Positions 18,640 through 29,030 of a stretch of 64,000 nucleotides of DNA are shown here, piece by piece (the stretch's first letter is position 1; every line of letters starts with the position of its first letter). Location of the stretch: assembly GCA_944392125.1 (NCBI GenBank), contig CALXVP010000001.1, positions 4,325-68,324 on the forward strand, given 5' to 3'. Under the pieces are notes generated by a model that saw nothing but the letters and a program-made list of their open reading frames with translations, did not search any database and was not told the DNA's origin. The DNA comes from an uncultured Alphaproteobacteria bacterium. Lineage in GTDB: Bacteria > Pseudomonadota > Alphaproteobacteria > CAAHEQ01 > UBA3637. The position numbers and the translations under genes are program-made.

Positions 18640-20814
18640 CTATTTTTGTAGCACTTCTTTAACTTTATCTAATAATTGATTGAGTTCAAACGGCTTTGCT
18701 AAGAAATCAAGATCTTTATTTTCAGAGGATCCATGGCGCGCCATATCTTCCGAATAACCGCTCATTAAAAGCGATTTCATATTCGGATATGCCTCTCTTG
18801 CCTTTTTGATAAGCGTTTCGCCATCCATGCCCGGCATAATCATATCCGTCAGCAATAAATCAAAATCCGAGCGTTCGGTTAAAATTGTGAGGGCTTGCTC
18901 GGCATTAGCGCATTCCGTTACCTTAAAGCCTTTTGATTTTAATACACGCGAAACAACAAGACGCACGCCGTCTTCATCATCCACAAGCAAAATGGAAGGC
19001 GTTTGGACGGGTGCAAACACGGGCCTCATCGGGCGACTTTCCGTTTTAATAATAGGGTCTTGCTCAATGCGGGGCAGGTAGATGATAAACGTTGTTCCGA
19101 TGCTTTTTTCACTATCAACCGAAATATAACCGCCTGCACCCCTGATAACGCCGTAAACGGTGGAAAGCCCCAATCCCGTTCCCGAACCCGTGGAGCCACC
19201 TTTGGTTGTGAAAAACGGTTCAAAAATATGCGGTAAATGCTCGGGAGCAATACCGCATCCCGTGTCGGAAACAATAATTTTAATATAATCACCCGCTTGA
19301 ATCATATCGTTACCGCAGGCCTTTGCCTTTTTGAGTTTTTCTTTGGTTGCCGTAATTCGCAAAATACCGCCGTTTTTCATGGCATCTTTGGCATTAACGG
19401 CCAAATTTAAAAAAATCTGCGTGAGTTGGTTAGGATCAATTTTAACCCAGCCGAGATTGCGTTTTAAATCCGTTTTCAGCGTTACAAATGGCGCAATACT
19501 GCGTTGCAACAAAGCGGATAAATCAACAAACGCATCATGGAAATTTAATACTTGAATTTTGCTCGGTTGTTTACGCGAAAAAGTGAGCAGTTGACCGACT
19601 AACCCCGATGCTTTATTTGCATTTCCCTTGATTTGCATAATATCCAAGAAGGAGGGATCGTTCACTTTATGGCGTTGTAAAAGCAAATCGCAAAAGCCGA
19701 TAATTGCCGTTAAAAGATTATTAAAATCGTGCGCAACACCGCCCGCCAGTTGGCCGATGGCTTGCATTTTTTGTGCGTGCGCAAATTGAACTTCCAAATT
19801 CTTGCGTTCGGTGGCATCTATCAGGTAAAGAATAAACGCATCTTTTTCTTTGGTTGTGAATCCCACAAAAACATTAAATGTTTTTCCGCCGAATCTGGGA
19901 GCCGTCATCATTTCCAAACGCTCATTTTTTGTTGAACCCGCCAGTAGTTTGCTAAATCTGGTTTCCAAAAGTTCTTGGGTATTTTCGGAAAAAAGCGTAT
20001 TCACGTTAATATGATTGAAAGATTCATTTTCATCACCGCGAAATGCCGTTAAAAACGCATTGTTGGCGTATACAATCCGATGCTCCAAAGCATCAACCAC
20101 GATGGTGGGCAAGGGAGATTCTTGAAAAATATGCTCATCAACCGATGGGGCTACCGTTCGCAGCGGTTCAATAATGCCCGAATAAAACACAGAATCACCC
20201 ATTTCAAACGGGCGTTGATTGACTTCATACGGAATAACGCCGTTTTTTAACTTAAAATGGGTAATCCCGTGCCATATACCGTGAAAATCGGGAATATTCT
20301 CATCAATGTATTCAGCGAATAAATGGCCGAGAATATTTTTATATTCATCTTGAAACAACTCACAAAATGCCCGATTGACATACACCAATTTGCCGTTTGA
20401 ATCGGTTAAATAAACGGGGTGAATAAAGGTGCTTAACACGTCGGACATAAAATCTAACTGTTTCACGATACTGTTGTGAATGGCAAATTCGGGCGTTTTA
20501 TCTTTGGCAACAATCATCATTCCGTTCGGCAATTTACGAATTGAAATTTGAAAAATGCCATCCGGTGTTTTGATTTCCGTTTCAATAGATGAAAAAGAGC
20601 AAAAAGCATCAACTAACTTTTGAACGCTTTGTGTATCTTCGGCTTCATTTAGGAAAGAAAACGGATTTTCCTTTGTGCCGAATAATTCGTTCCCTTTTAC
20701 GTTGCCGGCAATCAGTTTGTTTTTAAACGACCGAATTTGACGGGCATCGTCTTCGGCATTTAAAAGATTTTCATAAATTTTTTTTGTTTTATTCCCAAAC
20801 ATATTGGGTATCAT
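18640..20814 (-). CDS. Hybrid sensor histidine kinase/response regulator (PAS-PAS-HisKA-HATPase_c-REC)
   Basis: 724 aa with an H-box (HDFNNLLTAI), a G2 box (GTGLGLS) and a C-terminal receiver with a D...DLLLTDMIMPGMDG phospho-acceptor region. Confidence 0.85.
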   Translation of the reverse strand: MIPNMFGNKTKKIYENLLNAEDDARQIRSFKNKLIAGNVKGNELFGTKENPFSFLNEAEDTQSVQKLVDAFCSFSSIETEIKTPDGIFQISIRKLPNGMMIVAKDKTPEFAIHNSIVKQLDFMSDVLSTFIHPVYLTDSNGKLVYVNRAFCELFQDEYKNILGHLFAEYIDENIPDFHGIWHGITHFKLKNGVIPYEVNQRPFEMGDSVFYSGIIEPLRTVAPSVDEHIFQESPLPTIVVDALEHRIVYANNAFLTAFRGDENESFNHINVNTLFSENTQELLETRFSKLLAGSTKNERLEMMTAPRFGGKTFNVFVGFTTKEKDAFILYLIDATERKNLEVQFAHAQKMQAIGQLAGGVAHDFNNLLTAIIGFCDLLLQRHKVNDPSFLDIMQIKGNANKASGLVGQLLTFSRKQPSKIQVLNFHDAFVDLSALLQRSIAPFVTLKTDLKRNLGWVKIDPNQLTQIFLNLAVNAKDAMKNGGILRITATKEKLKKAKACGNDMIQAGDYIKIIVSDTGCGIAPEHLPHIFEPFFTTKGGSTGSGTGLGLSTVYGVIRGAGGYISVDSEKSIGTTFIIYLPRIEQDPIIKTESRPMRPVFAPVQTPSILLVDDEDGVRLVVSRVLKSKGFKVTECANAEQALTILTERSDFDLLLTDMIMPGMDGETLIKKAREAYPNMKSLLMSGYSEDMARHGSSENKDLDFLAKPFELNQLLDKVKEVLQK

Positions 20815-20954
20815 AACAGTATTTTTTTTAAAAATCTACAAAAATAAGCATAAAACGGATATTTTTTTATCCTTATTTTCGGTAAAACAACAGCCTCTTT
20901 GCAACTGATTAACAAGGGTCTTTTGTCGCTGAAATAAGAATAGGGGGAAATGCG

Positions 20955-21470
20955 TTAGCGCATGCACCTGTTCAAAGAGCGGACAACGCTTTCTTCAACG
21001 GTTGACGAAACTGTTGTTGCCAACATATCATTGTATTTATATTCATCGCCCGAGTAAAGCAAACCGCATGTTGTGCGCAATTTTAAAAAGTAATTACCGA
21101 AAGAGGTGATATAAACTTGATGAACAAAGTTTGTATCGCCCGCCGTTGAGTTTGCCATATCTCGTTCGGATATTGTTTGCTGGTTTGCAATATCTTGCGC
21201 TGAAATACGGGGTAAATTCAAATTGTAAAGAAAAACGGAAACGGCGCAAAATTCGTTTTGATAGAGTTGGCTGTATCCCAATCCTTTCCCCGGATATTGA
21301 CGTTCGTAATTAACCATACCTCCGATTTTTCGCATCGGGTCTTGTATATGAACAAATGAAATCGTATCCGGCAAATTATCCATACACTGCTCGGTAGAAT
21401 TTGCAACCGCATTTTGCGCTGTTAATACAAAACTTAGTCCTGCAATAAAAGCAAAAATCTTTTTCTTCAT
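20955..21470 (-). CDS. Secreted hypothetical protein (signal peptide MKKKIFAFIAGLSFVLTAQNAVA)
   Basis: 171 aa. GGGGG RBS. Lies immediately downstream of uvrA. Confidence 0.6.
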   Translation of the reverse strand: MKKKIFAFIAGLSFVLTAQNAVANSTEQCMDNLPDTISFVHIQDPMRKIGGMVNYERQYPGKGLGYSQLYQNEFCAVSVFLYNLNLPRISAQDIANQQTISERDMANSTAGDTNFVHQVYITSFGNYFLKLRTTCGLLYSGDEYKYNDMLATTVSSTVEESVVRSLNRCMR

Positions 21471-24263
21471 CTATACCCCCTTTGATTGTTTTTTAAATAT
21501 GCGTTTTAAATATTGACCCGTATAACTGCGTGGATTTTCGGCCACTTGCTCGGGTGTGCCCGTTGCGACAACCGTGCCGCCGCCGTCACCGCCTTCGGGA
21601 CCCATATCAATAATGTAGTCGGCAGTTTTAATAACATCTAAATTATGTTCAATCACAACTACGGTATTTCCTTGTTCTACCAATGTATGCAACACATCCA
21701 ACAGTTTTTGAATATCGGCAAAATGCAAACCGGTTGTCGGTTCGTCCAAAATATAAAGTGTTTTGCCTTGGGAATGACGCGATAGCTCTTTTGAAAGTTT
21801 AATGCGTTGTGCTTCACCCCCCGAAAGCGTAACGGAAGATTGTCCCAAAGAAATATATCCGAGGCCGACTTTTTGCAATAGATTGCATTTTTCTTTCAAT
21901 GAAGGGATATTTTTAAAAAACTCGGCCGCTTCATCTACCGACATATCCAATACATCGGCAATGGATTTTCCCTTATATGTTACTTCCAACGTTTCGCGAT
22001 TATACCGCTTACCGCGACACGTATCGCATTGCACATAGACATCGGGCAAAAAGTGCATTTCAATTTTTAAAACGCCGTCGCCGTTGCAAGCCTCGCAACG
22101 CCCACCCTTAACATTAAACGAAAATCGGCCCGGTTTATAACCGCGCGCCTGCGCTTCCGGCAATCCGGCAAACCAATCCCGAATGGTGGAAAACATGCCG
22201 GTATATGTGGCCGGATTTGAACGGGGCGTGCGCCCGATGGGAGATTGGTCAACATCAATAATCTTGGAAATGTAGCCACACCCGTGAATGGCTTTACATG
22301 GTCCGGCTTTCTCGGCGGATTTATTTAAAATTTTATTCAAATTTTTATACAGCGTTTCAATCACGAGAGACGATTTTCCACCCCCGCTGACACCCGTGAC
22401 ACACGTAAACGTACCTAACGGAATTTGAACGGATACATTTTTCAAATTGTTAGCCGTAGCTCCCTCAATTTGAATAAATTTGCCGTTGCCTGGACGCCTT
22501 GTCTGCGGGATTAAAATTTTGCGCATACCTGAAAGATATTGTCCGGTTGTGGAAATCGGATTATCGATAATTTCCTGCGGTGTTCCTTTTGCAACAACTT
22601 TCCCACCGTATCTGCCGGCCTCGGGGCCGATATCCAACACATAGTCGGCAGCGCGAATGGCATCTTCATCGTGTTCCACAACGATAACCGTGTTTCCCAA
22701 ATCCCGTAAGTGCGTCAAGGTTGCGAGTAATTTATCGTTATCGCGCTGGTGCAATCCGATTGAGGGTTCATCTAAAACGTAAAGCACCCCCGTCAGACCC
22801 GAACCGATTTGGCTTGCCAGACGAATCCGTTGCGCCTCTCCGCCGGATAATGTGGCACTGATACGGTCCAATGTTAAATATCCGAGTCCGACATTATTTA
22901 AAAATGTTAATCGGTTAATAATTTCTTTTAAAATGCGTTTGGCAATTTCTCTCTTTTGCGGTGAGAGTGTTTCTTCCAGTGCCGAAAACCATTTCAAAGC
23001 TTCTTCAATGGAAACATGCGTTGCCTCCGAAATGTTTTTCCCGCCGACACGCACGGATAACGCTTCTTTATTTAATCGTTGTCCTTTACAAGCCTCACAG
23101 GGCGAAACAGCCTGATATTTTGAAATTTCTTCACGTATCCAATCCGAATCTGTTTCTAAATACCGTCTTTCCATATTCGGAATAACGCCCTCAAAATTCG
23201 GCGTGCCGTATAAAATGGCGTTTTTGGTTTCTTCACTCAGTTGATACCAAGGCGTATCCTCATTAAAATCAACATATTTCATCAACAATCGCAAAGGAGC
23301 GTCAAACCAATGAAATATCTCTCCGCCTTTGCTGACCCACGGTGCGATGGCTCCTTGTCTGATTGTTTTTTTGTCATTCGGTATCACCAGCGCCGGATCA
23401 ACATATTGTTTAAATCCCAACCCCGAGCAATCGGGGCAGGCGCCTTGCGGACTGTTAAAAGAAAATAAGCGCGGTTCTAATTCCGCAATCGTAAACCCGC
23501 AGACGGGGCAGGCCAATTTTGCCGAAAGGATTTTTTCTTCTTTTGCCGTCAAATTATCAAAAACAACTAAATCATCGGCAAGCGAAAGGGCTTTTTCAAT
23601 GGATTCGGCCAACCGCGATTCAATGCCTTCACGAATGACAAGCCTATCAATCACAAGCGCAATTTTATGATTTTGATTTTTGTTAAGAGCAGGGGTATTA
23701 TCTATTTCGTATAATTCCCCGTCTATCTTAACACGCGTAAAACCTTTCTTTTGCCATTCTGCCAATTCTTTTTTGTATTCGCCCTTGCGGTTTCTAACAA
23801 CGGGTGCCAATACCATAATTTTGGTTGATTCGGGATATTTCATGGCAATATCAACCATTTGCGAAACCGTTAACGCCTCAATCGGCAAACCCGTTGCCGG
23901 CGAATAGGGTACCCCGACTCGAGCCCATAATAACCGCATGTAATCATATATTTCCGTAACCGTTCCGACCGTGGAGCGCGGGCTTTTGCCCGTTGTTTTT
24001 TGCTCAATGGAAATGGCGGGAGATAATCCCTCAATTAAATCAACGTCGGGCTTTTTCATTAAATCCAAAAATTGACGCGCATAAGCGGAAAGACTTTCCA
24101 CGTATCTTCTTTGTCCTTCCGCATAAATCGTATCAAATGCGAGAGATGATTTCCCCGAGCCGGATAATCCCGTAATAACAACCAACTTGTCGCGAGGAAT
24201 ATCCACATCAATGTTTTTTAAATTGTGTTCGCGCGCACCGCGAATTTTTATAAACTGTTGCAT
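21471..24263 (-). CDS. uvrA: Excinuclease ABC subunit A
   Basis: 930 aa with two ABC ATPase modules ([25 protein letters not shown]), Zn-finger CxxC pairs and an N-terminus [32 protein letters not shown]. Confidence 0.95.
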   Translation of the reverse strand: MQQFIKIRGAREHNLKNIDVDIPRDKLVVITGLSGSGKSSLAFDTIYAEGQRRYVESLSAYARQFLDLMKKPDVDLIEGLSPAISIEQKTTGKSPRSTVGTVTEIYDYMRLLWARVGVPYSPATGLPIEALTVSQMVDIAMKYPESTKIMVLAPVVRNRKGEYKKELAEWQKKGFTRVKIDGELYEIDNTPALNKNQNHKIALVIDRLVIREGIESRLAESIEKALSLADDLVVFDNLTAKEEKILSAKLACPVCGFTIAELEPRLFSFNSPQGACPDCSGLGFKQYVDPALVIPNDKKTIRQGAIAPWVSKGGEIFHWFDAPLRLLMKYVDFNEDTPWYQLSEETKNAILYGTPNFEGVIPNMERRYLETDSDWIREEISKYQAVSPCEACKGQRLNKEALSVRVGGKNISEATHVSIEEALKWFSALEETLSPQKREIAKRILKEIINRLTFLNNVGLGYLTLDRISATLSGGEAQRIRLASQIGSGLTGVLYVLDEPSIGLHQRDNDKLLATLTHLRDLGNTVIVVEHDEDAIRAADYVLDIGPEAGRYGGKVVAKGTPQEIIDNPISTTGQYLSGMRKILIPQTRRPGNGKFIQIEGATANNLKNVSVQIPLGTFTCVTGVSGGGKSSLVIETLYKNLNKILNKSAEKAGPCKAIHGCGYISKIIDVDQSPIGRTPRSNPATYTGMFSTIRDWFAGLPEAQARGYKPGRFSFNVKGGRCEACNGDGVLKIEMHFLPDVYVQCDTCRGKRYNRETLEVTYKGKSIADVLDMSVDEAAEFFKNIPSLKEKCNLLQKVGLGYISLGQSSVTLSGGEAQRIKLSKELSRHSQGKTLYILDEPTTGLHFADIQKLLDVLHTLVEQGNTVVVIEHNLDVIKTADYIIDMGPEGGDGGGTVVATGTPEQVAENPRSYTGQYLKRIFKKQSKGV

Positions 24264-24364
24264 CTTTTACCCTTTTAAAACGTATTTTATTGCAGTTTAT
24301 CATTTTACCTCTAAAAAAACAAGACGCTTTCCGGTGTTTCATTAAAAAAATATAAAGAAAAGAA

Positions 24365-24393
24365 TTGACAAGAATTTAATATCATGGTAAATA
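24365..24393 (+). promoter_or_regulatory. Sigma70-like promoter TTGACA-17-TAAATA upstream of the first GNAT-pair gene
   Basis: Consensus -35 hexamer, 17-bp spacer and an AT-rich -10, about 40 nt upstream of the ATG. Confidence 0.4.
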
Positions 24394-24432
24394 TAAGATA
24401 AATATAAAAAAATAAGAGGGAAAGGGAAAGAA

Positions 24433-25629
24433 ATGAGTTATCCGAAAAGTAATGTTGTTCATTTTATACCGCTTCGTATCGGTATGGTTAGTCCGCATGA
24501 TTTAATCCAGCTGAAAACATTGTATGATTTTAAAGGGGATGAAGAAACCTCCCTTTTATTGAATGTTGAAAAGGGGATGAAAGAAAAAGATTTCGTGCAA
24601 CAAATTTTTGCTCGTCAAAAAATTTGGAATGCCGAAAATAAAAGCGTTTATTTAATGCAAGATGATGAAGGAATTGTGAGGGGTGTTGCTTCTGTTATTC
24701 CCGTGCGGAAAGATGCGTATGCAGGTATAGCGGAATATGCGTTTGAAGCACTTTTGTGCGAGCCAGGTGAGGCAAAGCGTATGTGCTCCATGTTTGAGCA
24801 ACATCAGAGACTTCGCCTAATTCCCGAATTTTCAGATGCTTTATCCGAACAAGTTCGCTTTTTTGTGCCGTCTGCCGGTGAAAAATTGACTTCCGCTGTC
24901 AATTTATCGGAAAAGCAGTATGAAAATCTCAGAAATTCATATATGGAAACCCTCTTAAAAACAATGCCGACGGATATTTATTTAAGGCAATCGTATTTCG
25001 GCGTAAAAAAATTAACCCCGACTGTGGCGAACGCAACGCAGTTTTCGGAGTTTGTAGAAAGAAATAATCAATCCGCAAATGCGTTTTGGAAAGAACTTGC
25101 CGATGCATGCGCAAACCCGCAGGAAACCGCTTCGTTTTTGAAAGCAAAATCTCAAAAGGAGAATAAAAATCCCTCCGTTTTTTATGGGCTTTTTAAAGAT
25201 GAATCATTTATCGGCGTTTTTGAATGTTCCCCGCGGGATACAACGATTCATCTTAATATGATGGTAGATAAAGCGGTAACGGGGAAAGGCTATGCTTCAG
25301 AGGCTCTGCGTTTACTGGAACGAGAATTATTTAAACGGGGTGCGGAAGAAATTCGCATAGAGTGCTCCGGACATAATCGTGAGACGCCGATTATTGCAAG
25401 AAACAATGTGTATCGGCGTGCTGCGGCAGATCAACCGCATTTTTCCGATCAATTCTATCATCTGGATGCCGAAAGCCCCGAAGCAAAGACGTATTTTAAA
25501 ACCTTATCGGATTATGCCGACGGAAAATTCGGCAAAGAAAGTTTTTTGAAACAGGAAGGAATTAAAAAATCCGAATTATCTTCTTGTGCGAGACAGATGT
25601 TGGAAGAAAAAAGTAAATCACGTTCTTAA
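24433..25629 (+). CDS. Two-domain GNAT-like N-acetyltransferase family protein (paralog 1)
   Basis: 398 aa. The C-terminal half contains the GNAT motif A (VDKAVTGKGYASEALRLLERELF). The N-terminal half is paralogous to the N-terminus of the next gene. Confidence 0.55.
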   Translation: MSYPKSNVVHFIPLRIGMVSPHDLIQLKTLYDFKGDEETSLLLNVEKGMKEKDFVQQIFARQKIWNAENKSVYLMQDDEGIVRGVASVIPVRKDAYAGIAEYAFEALLCEPGEAKRMCSMFEQHQRLRLIPEFSDALSEQVRFFVPSAGEKLTSAVNLSEKQYENLRNSYMETLLKTMPTDIYLRQSYFGVKKLTPTVANATQFSEFVERNNQSANAFWKELADACANPQETASFLKAKSQKENKNPSVFYGLFKDESFIGVFECSPRDTTIHLNMMVDKAVTGKGYASEALRLLERELFKRGAEEIRIECSGHNRETPIIARNNVYRRAAADQPHFSDQFYHLDAESPEAKTYFKTLSDYADGKFGKESFLKQEGIKKSELSSCARQMLEEKSKSRS

Positions 25630-25794
25630 CTGATTCATCAACGCAATATATCATGCTGTTCGTAATACCGAAAGCGGGGCATGATTGGTTGCGTTTATGT
25701 GCATTGAGTTAGGCGCATTTGACAGATAATTAATGGGGCGATGATTAAATAAGCCGAAAGAAAAATGATACCGTTTTTGGCGGATAACGATTAA

Positions 25795-26949
25795 ATGGAT
25801 GGAAAAATGTTACACTTTGTTGAACTAAAAGAGTCTTTAATTACAATGGATGATGTTCTGGAATTGAAGAGCAGATGCGATTCCCCGAAACATGAAGATT
25901 TGTTGCTTTTGCTAAATGTGGCGCAAAATACGGATATTTTGCATTTTGTGCAACAATTATTTCATCAAATTAACGTCGGCAAAAAAGAGATGAAAACATT
26001 GTATCTTGCAAAAAACGGCGATAAAGATGTGCTGGGTGTCATTTCAATTCAACCGGTTTACTGCAATCCAGCCACCATGGAAATTGAGTATTGCTGGGAT
26101 TCGTATTTGACGGGAGATGATTCTTTAAAAGCCGTTAAAGAAGCATTTATCAAAGCCTACCGTGAGCAACCGCATGAGAGTGTTTATCAAGAAGTCAGAA
26201 ATAAAAAAGCCCGTTTTTTCGCCCCGCAACTGGCCGAAAAAGGTGTATTGCTACAAGAGCAAACAAAACCCGACATGTATCAAAAATTATCCCATTCAAA
26301 ACAATACATGATGCGATTAACCATGCCACAACAAATCGGATTGAACGGTTCTTCCTTTTCAATGCGCAGAATAAAAGGTAAAAAAGCGGAAGTTGAAGAT
26401 GTTTTTACGTTAATTCAAAGAAATCAGCCGGAAACGGAAAGATTTTTGCCTGCGTGGCAAGAGGAGTGTTCGTCGCTTTTAAAAACAGAGAATTTTCTTA
26501 AAAATCAAATGAATTTTAAAGAAAATATGTTGTCCGTCAGATACGGTATGTATGAAGCGGACAAACTCATCGGATTGCTTGAGTGTTGCGCAAGGGGAGA
26601 TGTGGCGCATCTCAATATACTGGTAGATAAGGATTCTGGCGCGAGAGGCTATGCATCGGAAGCGTTGCGCTTGGCAGAACGCGAAATTTTTAAACACGGT
26701 ATCAATGAAATTCAATTAGAATGCTCTGCTTACAATTATTTGTCTCCGCGCGTGGTTATTGCCAACGGATATAAACGAGCCGAATTGTATGATGAATATG
26801 ATTCAACGTATTATTATCATAAAGCAATCGGTGATTATCTGGCCGGCAATCGTGCTACCCATACATTATTAAAACCGAAAGAAAAAATCAAAGTTGTTCA
26901 AAGATATGTGCGGTGTCCGCTTATTGATAATGAATCTTATTCCAGATAA
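25795..26949 (+). CDS. Two-domain GNAT-like N-acetyltransferase family protein (paralog 2, tandem duplicate)
   Basis: 384 aa with VDKDSGARGYASEALRLAEREIF and a shared N-terminal LLLLNV...FVQQ(I/L)F...V(R/L)GV(A/I)S(V/I)(I/Q)PV pattern. The true start may be the Met of MLHFVEL at 25807. Confidence 0.5.
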   Translation: MDGKMLHFVELKESLITMDDVLELKSRCDSPKHEDLLLLLNVAQNTDILHFVQQLFHQINVGKKEMKTLYLAKNGDKDVLGVISIQPVYCNPATMEIEYCWDSYLTGDDSLKAVKEAFIKAYREQPHESVYQEVRNKKARFFAPQLAEKGVLLQEQTKPDMYQKLSHSKQYMMRLTMPQQIGLNGSSFSMRRIKGKKAEVEDVFTLIQRNQPETERFLPAWQEECSSLLKTENFLKNQMNFKENMLSVRYGMYEADKLIGLLECCARGDVAHLNILVDKDSGARGYASEALRLAEREIFKHGINEIQLECSAYNYLSPRVVIANGYKRAELYDEYDSTYYYHKAIGDYLAGNRATHTLLKPKEKIKVVQRYVRCPLIDNESYSR

Positions 26950-27119
26950 TTTACGGTAAGAAATCATTTATTGAGGCTCAATAACGCATTTAAATACCAC
27001 GCGTTTCATTGGATATAAATAATTATCCGAGCGAAATCAATTAAACAAATATAAAAAAGGGTTGATTTTTGAATGGTGTTTTGCTAAATTAGCCATATTA
27101 TCGGTAATAGGAGAAAAAG

Positions 27120-28937
27120 ATGAAAAAGCTTTTATGGTTGGTTTCTGTCTCATGTTTGGCAATCGGCACGGCTTTGCCGTCCATGGCACAAGTAACGAGT
27201 AATGCGGCGGCATTGCGCGAAGCCGCAAGAGTCGGTCGCCCGACGGCACGAGCAATACAATCAGCGCAACCATCCGCAGTGGTTCAAACCACTCAGCAAA
27301 AAGCTAGCTCATCTCAGTCGACGATTATTCCGGCGGCCTCATTGGGAGCCAGTGCCGTCCAGCAAGCATCGCGTCCGGCACCTGTTTTACAGCCGACCAT
27401 TCAAGAATATAACACAGAGACAGTGCCCGATATTTCATCAAATGAGCCGACAGGATTAAAACCGGTTGTGCAAGCCGTTCCGGCAGCCGAGAAAAAAATG
27501 CAATTACCAACGTATACAAAAGATGAAATTTTCTTTAATAACGGTGTGTTTTTTGTAAAAGCCGATAAAAAGCCGTTGACGGGTATTGTGCAAGAAAAAA
27601 GCAAGGAAGGAAAGTTGTTGGCGCGCACGCATTTCTTCAACGGGTTGCCACACGGCGAAAGTCGCACTTACTATACAAACGGGCAAATTCAAACCGTTGA
27701 AATTTATTACCAAGGTGTTTTGGTTGATACGGCGCGCTCTTACTATGATAACGGACAGTTGCAAAATGAAACAACTTTTCAAATGGGGCATCCGCATGGT
27801 GTTTCTAAGGTTTATTACCCTTCCGGAAAAATACACTTTGAAACAAATTATAATATGGGAATGAAAGACGGAGAGGATAAAATATATGCTGAAAACGGTC
27901 AAATGCTTATGATACGGCATTTTACGAAAGATCAGTTGAACGGAGAAGTGAAAGAATACTATCCGAGTGGGAAATTAAAAGGTGAAGGTCTTTTCCGCCC
28001 GAACGGACCGGAAGGAACGGTTAAAACATATTATGAAAACGGGCAGTTGCAAACGGAAGAAGAGTATAAAAACGGGCTGAAAAACGGATTTTCAAAAACG
28101 TATTATGATTTCGGTCAGTTGCAACAAGAAGAAAAATATGTTGCCGATTTAATTGACGGTGTCAGTAAATCATATTATCCCGACGGCAGTCTTGAAAAAG
28201 AATTGAATTATAAAAACGGAAAGCAAGAAGGGTCTGCCAAAGTTTATTATCAAAACGGGCAATTAAAAATGGCGTTGACATATAAGAACGATTTGCCGGA
28301 AGGTGAAATGAATACATATTACCCGGATGGTAATTGGCAATCGCACGCCGTTATGAAAAACGGCAGACCGGAAGGAAAAGTGCAAGAATATTATGAAAAC
28401 GGGCAACTCTCGCTTGAAAAAAATTTCAAGGATGGTTTGGAAGAAGGCCCTTCCATCGCCTATTATGAAAACGGGCAAGTAAAAACAACCGTTTTGTATA
28501 AGGCAGGGAAACAGAACGGGGAATTTGCAACATTTTATGAAAACGGCAAGTTAAATTCGCGCACCAATTTACTGGATGATAAACCGCACGGTGAATTTAA
28601 AGAATATTATCCGAGCGGAGCCATTCATATTGATGCCGCCTATATCAACGGCGAAATGCACGGGTTGCAAAAAATTTATTATCCGAACGGCAAATTGCAA
28701 AGTGAAGATGAATATAAGAATAATAAATTAGACGGTATCAGCAGAACATATTTTGAAAATGGCGTTATGCGTTCCGAAGCGCATTTTAAAGACGGAAAGA
28801 AAAACGGTGTGGCCAAAGTTTATGATGAAAACGGTAATCTCGTTTTGGAAATGAATTTTGAAATGGATGATTTAAAAAGCACGCAGACCTTTAAAAAACA
28901 TTCTGATGAAAGCGATGCCAAAGATTCAAAAGAATGA
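27120..28937 (+). CDS. Secreted MORN-repeat (YwqK-like 'MORN variant') protein
   Basis: 605 aa. N-terminal signal peptide, a low-complexity Ala/Ser/Gln linker, then at least 18 repeats of (K/R)xYYENGQL(Q/K)xExxYKNGxxxG. RBS AGGAGAAAAAG. Confidence 0.75.
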   Translation: MKKLLWLVSVSCLAIGTALPSMAQVTSNAAALREAARVGRPTARAIQSAQPSAVVQTTQQKASSSQSTIIPAASLGASAVQQASRPAPVLQPTIQEYNTETVPDISSNEPTGLKPVVQAVPAAEKKMQLPTYTKDEIFFNNGVFFVKADKKPLTGIVQEKSKEGKLLARTHFFNGLPHGESRTYYTNGQIQTVEIYYQGVLVDTARSYYDNGQLQNETTFQMGHPHGVSKVYYPSGKIHFETNYNMGMKDGEDKIYAENGQMLMIRHFTKDQLNGEVKEYYPSGKLKGEGLFRPNGPEGTVKTYYENGQLQTEEEYKNGLKNGFSKTYYDFGQLQQEEKYVADLIDGVSKSYYPDGSLEKELNYKNGKQEGSAKVYYQNGQLKMALTYKNDLPEGEMNTYYPDGNWQSHAVMKNGRPEGKVQEYYENGQLSLEKNFKDGLEEGPSIAYYENGQVKTTVLYKAGKQNGEFATFYENGKLNSRTNLLDDKPHGEFKEYYPSGAIHIDAAYINGEMHGLQKIYYPNGKLQSEDEYKNNKLDGISRTYFENGVMRSEAHFKDGKKNGVAKVYDENGNLVLEMNFEMDDLKSTQTFKKHSDESDAKDSKE

Positions 28938-29030
28938 ACTTACCTAAAAATAAGCCTTCTACCATAACGATGAGGTAATTTTATCGGCGCTTGTTTTTCT
29001 GTTTTTATAAATCAAAAAAATATATAATTA

